DNA of 64,000 nt from a virus. The stretch spans positions 1 to 64,000 of IMG/VR virus record IMGVR_UViG_3300017716_002841; one strand, 5' to 3'. Made by a program: the position numbers and the translations under genes. Of this stretch, positions 16,908 to 24,850 are shown one piece after another. Every line of letters starts with the position of its first letter. The first letter of the stretch is position 1. A model generated the notes under the pieces. It searched no databases, had not been told where the DNA came from, and was given only the letters and a program-made list of their open reading frames with translations.

Positions 16908-17273
16908 ATGCGTTATAAAGTAATTTATTTCTATTTACCTATGACCTATGCAATGATTGGATCTCGTATCTATCACTTTGAAATAGAGTCAGAATCATCT
17001 ATTATTTCTGAACATCCCGGTTCTGTATACTCTGACGATTTCAGAGATTACAACAGAGTGGGTGATACAGATATTTATAGATCTTCTACCACTGACTATC
17101 CCTCTAATTTCTTTGTTAAAATTGTAGAGGAATCTGACCCTGCGTTTAACTTTGATTATGCTTATGAGGTGTGTGATGATGTGGATATGGTTTTATACTT
17201 GGATGAAAAAATATACGTAAACATACTCGTGGAGCAGTTTATAGGTAGTCGTATATTAAGCATGGAACGATAA
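16908..17273 (+). CDS. MRY/PETHP-family paralogue 12
   Basis: MRYKVI; VEESDPAFNFD; TAAATA 16897-16902. Confidence 0.8.
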   Translation: MRYKVIYFYLPMTYAMIGSRIYHFEIESESSIISEHPGSVYSDDFRDYNRVGDTDIYRSSTTDYPSNFFVKIVEESDPAFNFDYAYEVCDDVDMVLYLDEKIYVNILVEQFIGSRILSMER

Positions 17274-17335
17274 GATGTTATCCAGGACCACGAGCGGCAT
17301 GTGGCCCTTCGGGCAATTTGTATAAATAAGATAAG

Positions 17336-17758
17336 ATGAGGTATAAGAAATTCCAAATATCAGGTGCTGTCGAGCTAGATGAAATCGATACACTGTGGAT
17401 AGCAGATGTTGATATCGTCGACGGTAGTATACTTCAGCATGATAGAGTGTGGGAAGAAGATTTAGAAAGTACCGGTCGCTTTAAGGGATTATATGACTAT
17501 CTTAAAGTAGATAAATACCTCTATCAACGTGTAGATAAAGATAGTGATGTTAATGCAGAATACGGTCAAGCGACAACGTATTACTATGTATTACCAGAGA
17601 CTCACCCTAGCTTTAACTTTGATATCATCTACAAAGCTGCACGGTGGGATAAAGATATAGCTTTGTTTACTAATAACGATCGTGAAGATGAAGGTCGTAC
17701 TGTATTACACAGACAGCTTCCGGAATTTGTAAATAGAAACACCTACGAAAACTCATGA
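17336..17758 (+). CDS. MRY/PETHP-family paralogue 13
   Basis: MRYKKF; LPETHPSFNFD; TATAAATA 17321-17328. Confidence 0.8.
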   Translation: MRYKKFQISGAVELDEIDTLWIADVDIVDGSILQHDRVWEEDLESTGRFKGLYDYLKVDKYLYQRVDKDSDVNAEYGQATTYYYVLPETHPSFNFDIIYKAARWDKDIALFTNNDREDEGRTVLHRQLPEFVNRNTYENS

Positions 17759-18069
17759 GATATAAAAGTTTTTATATAGTAGCTGAAATCCTTGATGAGG
17801 AGTTTCATAATGGTTTACCATCACTCAGTTATATCGAAGTAAGTAACGTTACTATATCGAATACACCACCTAAAGTTACAAGTTCAAGGCAAGTAATTAT
17901 GAGAGAGGATCACCCTATATTTAACTTTGATATTTGGGCTGATGATGTTGATTATATTGAAACAGAAGACTTAAGCAACTTTAAAAGTTTTATGGGTTCA
18001 GATGAAGTAAATTATCTCATAGCTAAGTACTTTCCTGATGTATTGCGTTATTTTAAATATCAAATATAA
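17755..18069 (+). CDS. MRY/PETHP-family paralogue 14
   Basis: MRYKSF; MREDHPIFNFD. Confidence 0.8.
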   Translation: MRYKSFYIVAEILDEEFHNGLPSLSYIEVSNVTISNTPPKVTSSRQVIMREDHPIFNFDIWADDVDYIETEDLSNFKSFMGSDEVNYLIAKYFPDVLRYFKYQI

Positions 18070-18078
18070 ATATTACAT

Positions 18079-18549
18079 ATGATATCTTTTAAACAATATA
18101 CACTTTTAAATGAAAGTATCTTTACAGGTGTGCGTGTTGCTATTATAGGGCTAACTAGGTTTAACCCGGATAGTCCGGTTGAAGGCTTACCACCTTCTCC
18201 ACCGTATGGTTTTTGGACAGATAAGTCTGGCAACTATAAGGTAGTTGCTGGATTTGCATCTGGTGGTCATCTTCAAGCAGCTAAAGAAATGATATTAGCA
18301 GCTTATGATGTAAAGGAAGATGCAGGTGAATTAACAGATAGTGAGAAGACTGATCTTGATAATACCCTTAAAAGAGGTTATGGTGCTCTTTATGATGTAC
18401 TTACAAATGCGGGATTTATGCATATAGTACTAAACGGACCTACATATTATTACGTTACTAATAGTAATACACCGTCACAACAAAAATTTATGGCTGCATT
18501 AACACAAAAGTATAGATTGCAGACAGAGAGATCATTCGAGATCATTTAG
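18079..18549 (+). CDS. putative internal head protein
   Basis: TATAAATA 18065-18072; MISFKQYTLLNES resembles T4-type capsid-targeting leaders. Confidence 0.6.
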   Translation: MISFKQYTLLNESIFTGVRVAIIGLTRFNPDSPVEGLPPSPPYGFWTDKSGNYKVVAGFASGGHLQAAKEMILAAYDVKEDAGELTDSEKTDLDNTLKRGYGALYDVLTNAGFMHIVLNGPTYYYVTNSNTPSQQKFMAALTQKYRLQTERSFEII

Positions 18550-18728
18550 TTTACTGTAAGTGTAGCTGCTTCAAGTTCAGCCTTAGTTATGTGAAACTTA
18601 CACTTGCCTGCTGTAAAAAAAACTTTGTTACCTTCTGTTCTGTATGTTGTAATGTAATCAACAGCCTCACATCCTAAGTTAGTTAGTTCTTGCTTAAATT
18701 CGTCAGTGATATAAATACGCTCTTCCAT
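18546..18728 (-). CDS. hypothetical protein
   Basis: Short ORF downstream of the lysozyme. Confidence 0.55.
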   Translation of the reverse strand: MEERIYITDEFKQELTNLGCEAVDYITTYRTEGNKVFFTAGKCKFHITKAELEAATLTVN

Positions 18729-18749
18729 ACGTATAATTTAATCTGTTTC

Positions 18750-19541
18750 TTAAGCTTTACCATCAAGAAAGTCAGATATTTTTGCTCTACCCGCAAAAAT
18801 TAACGAATTTCGTTTATTACGTACCGCTACACTACCACCTCGTCCAGCTGCTTCTCTACCTTTTAATTCGGCTGAATCTAGATACTCAGCAGCTGCTTTT
18901 TTAAAAAGTCCTTTTTTAATATAAACTGGCCACTTATATGTACTTTTTATCTCACCTCTAAAGTGAGCGTCAAGTAAAGCAATTTTTTGATCGTCGGAAA
19001 GACTAGGCCAAACACTTTTAAATATTCGCTTGATATCATTATATTTTAAACGTAAATCTTTATCGAACATTTGAAGAGCTTGTTTTGGTGTAATTGTAGT
19101 AGGATCACCTGGTAGTATCTTATGACCTATACCTATTGTGAGATTACGTGCTTTAGCGTCATCGGAGTATGCAGTTAAAAATTTGGCATTTGCCTTACTA
19201 TATATATTTGTACCGTAAATCTCATGTTGCATAATATATGGTTTTGCTTTATTTATAATTACATCATCGCTTGATTGAGAGTGTAATAATCTTTGATGTA
19301 TTAGAGACTTATTAGGCTTCACAAGTATAGCTGCTTGTTTAATAGCTTGTTTTGCTGTAGGGTTTGTTGTTTCAGCTGCAGCTTGTTGTAATGCTTGCAT
19401 TTTTTCTTGTTGTGGTGCTGTGCTTTGCTCTAGAGCCTTATTAATAGCTTTTACACCAAACACAGCTGCAGAACCTATTAATGCTGCTAACCCAACAGAT
19501 CGCATTACATCTCTTACTCCTTCATCAAACTGCTCTGTCAT
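18750..19541 (-). CDS. phage lysozyme (GH24/T4L-like) with N-terminal hydrophobic segment
   Basis: HE...AYSDD...LTIGIGHKI, LLDAHF, KAAAEYLDS; probable start MTEQFDEG behind TAAATA. Confidence 0.75.
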   Translation of the reverse strand: MTEQFDEGVRDVMRSVGLAALIGSAAVFGVKAINKALEQSTAPQQEKMQALQQAAAETTNPTAKQAIKQAAILVKPNKSLIHQRLLHSQSSDDVIINKAKPYIMQHEIYGTNIYSKANAKFLTAYSDDAKARNLTIGIGHKILPGDPTTITPKQALQMFDKDLRLKYNDIKRIFKSVWPSLSDDQKIALLDAHFRGEIKSTYKWPVYIKKGLFKKAAAEYLDSAELKGREAAGRGGSVAVRNKRNSLIFAGRAKISDFLDGKA

Positions 19542-19594
19542 ATATTTTATATTTATTCTATTGATAATATATAACATTGTATTACAATAACAAT

Positions 19595-19717
19595 ATGAAA
19601 CATAAAGCATCTGCTTCACCAAAGGTTAAACGTAAAGGTATTCATGCTAAAGCTAAGACGTCGCATCTAAAGCAATCTAAAAACTACAAGAAGAAGTATC
19701 GAGGCCAAGGTAAGTAA
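19595..19717 (+). CDS. small basic protein (40 aa, KKYRGQG), not in ORF track
   Basis: MKHKASASPKVKRKGIHAKAKTSHLKQSKNYKKKYRGQGK; TTGATA-N16-TACAAT upstream. Confidence 0.7.
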   Translation: MKHKASASPKVKRKGIHAKAKTSHLKQSKNYKKKYRGQGK

Positions 19718-19718
19718 T

Positions 19719-20408
19719 ATGGAAGTTATACTAGTAGATAGTATGGGGTCTGATCTCTCTATAGTTAATGCTGCGAGAGTATCATTTGATAAGATCTCAG
19801 AATGGGACCATACTGTTGATCCTAACGATGTTAACTCTTTAGGTGTTAAAACTAAAACTCTTAAAGAAGCTGATAAACGTATTATTAAGTTTCTTGCTAG
19901 AGAGAATCATTGGACTCCTTTTGGTCATGCGTCATTATCGTTTCATATTAAAGCACCTCTCTTTGTAGCTCGCCAACTTGGTAAGCATCAAGTAGGTCTA
20001 GTATGGAATGAAATTAGTAGACGTTATGTAGATAGTCATCCTGAATTCTATTACCCGGAGGCTTGGCGTAAACGTAATGAAGATAAAAAGCAAGGATCAC
20101 ATGAAGATCAATTTGTAGAAGAAAAAGAAATTAACTACAGTGCAAATTTTATTGTATCGCAAGCAGTTAGGGTGTACACTGAAATGCTTGAAGCTGGTAT
20201 ATGTCCTGAACAGGCTCGTATGATTCTTCCGCAGAATATGTATACAGAGTGGTATTGGACGGGATCATTAATCGCTTTTGCACGTGTTTGTAAACTAAGA
20301 CTTAAAAGGGATACACAAAAAGAAACTCGTGATATTGCTATTCAGATAGATGAAATTGCAAAAAAGATATTCCCTGTAAGTTGGGAAAGTCTAGTAACCA
20401 GGATGTAA
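19719..20408 (+). CDS. thyX: FAD-dependent thymidylate synthase
   Basis: VNAARVSF, HWTPF, ARQLGKHQ, NEISRRY, EQARMILPQ. Confidence 0.95.
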   Translation: MEVILVDSMGSDLSIVNAARVSFDKISEWDHTVDPNDVNSLGVKTKTLKEADKRIIKFLARENHWTPFGHASLSFHIKAPLFVARQLGKHQVGLVWNEISRRYVDSHPEFYYPEAWRKRNEDKKQGSHEDQFVEEKEINYSANFIVSQAVRVYTEMLEAGICPEQARMILPQNMYTEWYWTGSLIAFARVCKLRLKRDTQKETRDIAIQIDEIAKKIFPVSWESLVTRM

Positions 20409-20636
20409 GACTTGCCTCTCAAGTTTTTGATAACGATCTTGAGAGTGCCATGTTTCATTAATTTGAGGTGTATAGTCACCTTCAACAGTGTGTATCGTCT
20501 TACCTTTCTCCAGAAATAGTGTAGGTGGTTGATAGAGTCTTAGAGTAGGCTCGTTCTTCTTGGAGATCGGCAAACAGGATGTCAGCATAAGCATGATCAT
20601 TGCTTGACTTAGAATTACGTAATTTTTCAATTTCAT
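20391..20636 (-). CDS. putative o-spanin (lipoprotein)
   Basis: MLMLTSC lipobox; overlaps the upstream TM/coiled-coil gene. Confidence 0.55.
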   Translation of the reverse strand: MKLKNYVILSQAMIMLMLTSCLPISKKNEPTLRLYQPPTLFLEKGKTIHTVEGDYTPQINETWHSQDRYQKLERQVLHPGY

Positions 20637-20760
20637 TGATTAGTTCTTTCTGCTTTGTTCTTGATTTTTCACATATATCATAAAAAAACGCCTTGTTTTT
20701 TAACTCTAAGTAAGCAGTTAAAGCTAACAAGACGCTTTTTATTAAACCAATAATATCCAT
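20500..20760 (-). CDS. putative i-spanin
   Basis: N-terminal hydrophobic segment plus coiled coil. Confidence 0.55.
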   Translation of the reverse strand: MDIIGLIKSVLLALTAYLELKNKAFFYDICEKSRTKQKELINEIEKLRNSKSSNDHAYADILFADLQEERAYSKTLSTTYTISGER

Positions 20761-20763
20761 ATA

Positions 20764-20952
20764 TTATTTGCCTTTTTGCTTAGCCTTACCAATGTTAAGA
20801 GCTAAAAGATCAATAAGGCCATAAACCTTTGCGAGAATTGTGCCTGCTTTAGGAGTCGGTGTAATTGCAGCGATAGCAGATGCAAGAGCAACTGCTGCAG
20901 TGAGTATACTATACCATGGTTGATCTTGTACTAGTTGTAATAATGTTTCCAT
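20764..20952 (-). CDS. putative holin
   Basis: 62 aa; TM then AAITPTP...LALNIGKAK. Confidence 0.65.
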   Translation of the reverse strand: METLLQLVQDQPWYSILTAAVALASAIAAITPTPKAGTILAKVYGLIDLLALNIGKAKQKGK

Positions 20953-20991
20953 ATATAGTATTTATATCGATAGTGAGTAAATACTCATGTT

Positions 20992-21771
20992 ATGGAATTC
21001 AAAGGAAAAGAAGAATACGTTAAAACAATTCAAAAAGCACTAACTCTTTTACCTGACGGTATTGATGGACCTGTTACATGGGAAGCAATAAAAGCAAAAC
21101 TTGCACCTGATAATAATATTAATAAGCCAGTTAATCCACAAATTACTGATACAATAACACAGTTATCGAATAAAGCTTATAGACTTATACTCGATTATGA
21201 AGTAGGTGGTGGACCGTCTTATTACAATAAAGCGTTAAAGCATCCTTGTTATCCTGGCGGTGAAAGCGGTGTTACAATTGGTATTGGTTATGATCTAGGT
21301 TATAATACAGCAGCTCAATTTGAAGCTGATTGGAAAGCAATCTTAGATCAAACTTCGTATAACCGGTTAGTTCCACATCTCGGTAAAAAAAGCAGCAATG
21401 CAAAAGCTGCTATTCCAAGCGTTAAAGACATCGAGATATCTTGGGATGCTGCAGAAATTGTTTTTAAGAAAAATACTTTACCTAGATTTATAAACGAAAC
21501 AAAAAAAGCTTTTCCTGGCGTTGAGAGATTACACACTGATGCGTTCGGTGCACTTGTTAGTTTAGTATTCAATAGAGGTGGTAGTACAAGTGGCTCATCC
21601 CGCGTAGAAATGCTAAACATAAAAAATGCTATTATTAATAAGCGCACCGACATATATAATTATATTTCGCAACAAGTTATTGATATGAAGCGTCTCTGGG
21701 TTGGTAAAGGTCTTGATGGGTTATTAACAAGAAGGAACGATGAAGCAAAGTTGATTAAAGCTTGTGCGTAG
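20992..21771 (+). CDS. endolysin (peptidoglycan-binding motif + pesticin-like muramidase)
   Basis: DGIDGPVT motif; YE...PGGESGVTIGIGYDLG; LVSLVFNRG; GLLTRRNDEA. Confidence 0.85.
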   Translation: MEFKGKEEYVKTIQKALTLLPDGIDGPVTWEAIKAKLAPDNNINKPVNPQITDTITQLSNKAYRLILDYEVGGGPSYYNKALKHPCYPGGESGVTIGIGYDLGYNTAAQFEADWKAILDQTSYNRLVPHLGKKSSNAKAAIPSVKDIEISWDAAEIVFKKNTLPRFINETKKAFPGVERLHTDAFGALVSLVFNRGGSTSGSSRVEMLNIKNAIINKRTDIYNYISQQVIDMKRLWVGKGLDGLLTRRNDEAKLIKACA

Positions 21772-21787
21772 TCTATAATCTATACAT

Positions 21788-21853
21788 ATGCGTGTTTTAA
21801 TTACAGGTGGAGCTGGATTTATAGTTGACAATCAGTATACAAACTGTAAATAA
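21788..21853 (+). pseudogene. 5' remnant of an NAD-dependent epimerase/dehydratase
   Basis: MRVLITGGAGFI then unrelated sequence and a stop after 21 codons. Confidence 0.75.
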
Positions 21854-21858
21854 TTTAT

Positions 21859-22068
21859 ATGTTAAAGCGTTTATCGGAAAAAGAAATACAGTTATGCGGT
21901 AAAAATAACTGCTGCCCAGTTATTACGAAAATTGATGAAGATACCTATGAGGTTCTTGATGACTACGGTAATAAAATAAGAGTTAAAAAATCAGAACTTA
22001 ATTTAGTAGCTGATGCAGTTAAAGAACTAGACAAACCACAGTTAACAGAGCAAATAATTTATGGATAA
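21859..22068 (+). CDS. small Cys-containing protein
   Basis: LCGKNNCCP...DDYGNKI. Confidence 0.7.
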   Translation: MLKRLSEKEIQLCGKNNCCPVITKIDEDTYEVLDDYGNKIRVKKSELNLVADAVKELDKPQLTEQIIYG

Positions 22069-22381
22069 TTTATTCTTGTATACAGTATCGTGTATAGGTT
22101 TAAGCTTTATTTTAAAGTACGGCTCTATACTAGCTTATTTTAGAGACAAATTAACAAAATACAAATATTTTAAAGAGTTGTTTTCTTGTTCTCTTTGCTT
22201 AGGTTTTTGGTCAGGAGTTGTAGTAGGTTTAATCGGTAACTATAACCCTGTTATATTTGCTACATACGGTGCCGCTGTGTGTTGGTATGCTGATTATATA
22301 CTTGATGTAATTATTAGAAACGGAAAAGAGTCTACTAAGAAAGAAAATCACGATAATCTAGTACAATTTACACGTAAGTAA
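22061..22381 (+). CDS. membrane protein with CxxC (DUF1360-like)
   Basis: ELFSCSLCLGFW between TM segments. Confidence 0.7.
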   Translation: MDNLFLYTVSCIGLSFILKYGSILAYFRDKLTKYKYFKELFSCSLCLGFWSGVVVGLIGNYNPVIFATYGAAVCWYADYILDVIIRNGKESTKKENHDNLVQFTRK

Positions 22382-22388
22382 TTACATA

Positions 22389-22748
22389 CTATAAAGGTAT
22401 ACCCTTTATATTTTTAACATCTCTTAATAGGTTAAATAGATGTTCTTGAGCGTAGCTCATGCCTCTATCTGTCGCATCTTTAAACAGCTCGTTTATCATT
22501 TTGATAACGAGCTGTTTTGATATAAGTGTTGTATCGCCAGTCTGCTCTTCTTCATCATCGCTAACAGGTGTAGTTAACATAGAAGTGCCCTGACCCGGTT
22601 GTGCACCAGGTAGCCCACCCTTTGGGTATGTTTGGCTCATTGACGCAGTATTTAGATCCTTCATACCGTACGTCTGCTTCGACCAATCCGAAACGTCTCC
22701 TCTATATTCTTCGTATATAGTTTGGAGTTCTTTAAAACTGTTCTTCAT
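22389..22748 (-). CDS. late hypothetical protein
   Basis: TAAATA upstream; MKNSFKELQTIYEE leader. Confidence 0.6.
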   Translation of the reverse strand: MKNSFKELQTIYEEYRGDVSDWSKQTYGMKDLNTASMSQTYPKGGLPGAQPGQGTSMLTTPVSDDEEEQTGDTTLISKQLVIKMINELFKDATDRGMSYAQEHLFNLLRDVKNIKGIPL

Positions 22749-22794
22749 TGTGTATATTTAGTTGATACTCGAGTTTTTTCTATATAATAATTAT

Positions 22795-23235
22795 ATGCAA
22801 AAGAAGGCCGTTAGTTATGAAAATATATCCTTTATGGTGGATCAACTTGCACAGCGTGTAAAGCATGACTACGACTTCATTATCGGTATTGGCCGTGGCG
22901 GGTTAATTCCTGCAACAATGCTAGGCTATAAACTTAATAAAAAAGTATTAGCGTTCGGTGTTAGTACATATAATAATCAAATACAAGATGATAAGTTTGT
23001 TATTTATCAGCAGCCAGAGATACAAAAAAGTAAATCAAAATACCTCGTTGTAGATGATATATGCGATTCAGGTAACACGTTTCGCATTTTTAAACAGTTA
23101 TATGAAAGTAATTCCGTACATACGTTTGAATACGCTTCTTTATTTACAAAGGATAAATCATCTCATATGCTTGATTACTATGGCTTCTCTGTACCAGAGG
23201 AAATCTGGTTAGTGTTTCCTTGGGAAGATAATTAA
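22795..23235 (+). CDS. purine phosphoribosyltransferase (Gpt-like)
   Basis: IGRGGLIPA, LVVDDICDSGNT, WLVFPWE. Confidence 0.9.
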   Translation: MQKKAVSYENISFMVDQLAQRVKHDYDFIIGIGRGGLIPATMLGYKLNKKVLAFGVSTYNNQIQDDKFVIYQQPEIQKSKSKYLVVDDICDSGNTFRIFKQLYESNSVHTFEYASLFTKDKSSHMLDYYGFSVPEEIWLVFPWEDN

Positions 23236-23277
23236 CTTTTAGTAGTTTTATACTAATTACTAGCCTATAATAAAACT

Positions 23278-23631
23278 ATGTCTAGAGCAGTACGCTGTCC
23301 AATATCCGGTCGTAGTTTTACCTTTTCTGCAACATACTTTAATAAGCGTGTGAAGGAATATGGTGATGAAGAAAAGTTTATAAAGTATTTTGTAATTAAG
23401 AAGGTAAAGACTTTAATAGAAAGAGGTTATAACGTACAAGAAATTAGAAATATTTTATGTATAGATTCCGAGGGTCTACCAGATGTTGATTCGCAACAAG
23501 TTAGAGATGTAATAATTTATTATGAACTACATTCCAAGTCAATTTCAAAAAAACAGACGACAAACTTTTCGACTAATAAGTCGGATCCAGAAGTAGTTAT
23601 ATTTATAAATAATATTAAGAATTATGAATAA
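23278..23631 (+). CDS. hypothetical protein
   Basis: ORF with TATAAT upstream. Confidence 0.65.
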   Translation: MSRAVRCPISGRSFTFSATYFNKRVKEYGDEEKFIKYFVIKKVKTLIERGYNVQEIRNILCIDSEGLPDVDSQQVRDVIIYYELHSKSISKKQTTNFSTNKSDPEVVIFINNIKNYE

Positions 23632-23854
23632 AAAAAGATTTATCGCGCAACAAGGCAGTAGCAACACTGTAAAAATATTTACAGCAGAAACAGGCCAACT
23701 ATTTAGGGTCTTAGACGTGGGAGGTATAATTACATCGCCACCCGTCTGTACAGAAGAAGAGTTAACAGTAGGGGTTAAGGTAAGTAATAATACTCTAATA
23801 CTTAAAATATATAGCGTACCTACTTTTAGCCTTAAGAAGACTGTTAACGTTTAA
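23624..23854 (+). CDS. hypothetical beta-rich protein
   Basis: Overlaps upstream gene; TAAATA upstream. Confidence 0.6.
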   Translation: MNKKRFIAQQGSSNTVKIFTAETGQLFRVLDVGGIITSPPVCTEEELTVGVKVSNNTLILKIYSVPTFSLKKTVNV

Positions 23855-23861
23855 TAACAAT

Positions 23862-24845
23862 ATGAGTAATACTAGCATTTTTGAAGAACAAGTTAGTCGT
23901 AAACCAAACTTGTATCCATGGACAGAGCAGTTCATTGAAGCAATGCATAATGGGTTCTGGACAGATAAAGAGTTCAACTTTAAGTCAGACGTTCAACAGT
24001 TTAAGGTCGAGTTAACGGACCAAGAAAGAGAAATTATTGTTCGTACATTATCAGCAATCGGACAGATCGAAGTTGCAGTAAAGACCTTCTGGGCTAAGTT
24101 AGGTGAAAATTTACCTCATCCCTCTCTTTATGATCTCGGTATTGTTATGTCTAATACCGAGGTAATTCATAACAATGCGTACGAGCGTTTGCTCAAGGTT
24201 CTCGAACTCGAAGATATTTTTGAAGAGAACCTTAAGCTAGAATGGATACAAGGGAGAGTCAAGTATCTTCGTAAGTATACACATAGGTTCTATAAGGACT
24301 CTAAGAAACAATATCTATATGCATTAACATTGTTTACTTTGTTTGTGGAAAACGTTTCTTTATTCTCTCAGTTCTACGTTATTAATCATTTCGCTAGATT
24401 TAAGAATGTTCTTAAGGATACTGATCAACAAGTTAAGTATACTCGTAATGAAGAGAACATTCACGCTCTTGTTGGTATTCGAATTATTAATACAATTCGT
24501 GAAGAGCATCCTGAATTGTTTGACGAAGAGCTGACAGAGCGTATTGTAACTGCTGCACATGAAGCTTTTAAATCAGAGAGTAAAATTATTGATTGGATGG
24601 TTAATGGTATAGATGAACCTGGATTGTCTGCTCCTATTTTAAAGGAGTTTATTAAGAACCGTATTAATGATTCTCTTACTCAAATTGGTCTTCCTAAGCC
24701 TTTTGAAGTAGATTCTACTATTTTAGAATCTACAATGTGGTTCGAAGAAGAACTTCTTGGTAATAATATGACTGACTTCTTTCATTCACGCCCTGTTGAG
24801 TATTCCAAAAAGAGTCAGTCATTTAGTGAAGACGATTTATTTTAA
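23862..24845 (+). CDS. nrdB: ribonucleotide reductase class I beta subunit
   Basis: EVIHNNAY, VENVSLFSQF, EENIH; DFFHSRPVEYSK. Confidence 0.95.
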   Translation: MSNTSIFEEQVSRKPNLYPWTEQFIEAMHNGFWTDKEFNFKSDVQQFKVELTDQEREIIVRTLSAIGQIEVAVKTFWAKLGENLPHPSLYDLGIVMSNTEVIHNNAYERLLKVLELEDIFEENLKLEWIQGRVKYLRKYTHRFYKDSKKQYLYALTLFTLFVENVSLFSQFYVINHFARFKNVLKDTDQQVKYTRNEENIHALVGIRIINTIREEHPELFDEELTERIVTAAHEAFKSESKIIDWMVNGIDEPGLSAPILKEFIKNRINDSLTQIGLPKPFEVDSTILESTMWFEEELLGNNMTDFFHSRPVEYSKKSQSFSEDDLF

Positions 24846-24850
24846 TTTAT

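Noticed and set aside
17274-17320. GC-rich intergenic hairpins (gaccac..gtggcc, cccttcggg) as an HDV-like ribozyme
   Set aside because: I could not build P2/P3 of the nested pseudoknot; more likely a weak terminator or stability hairpin.
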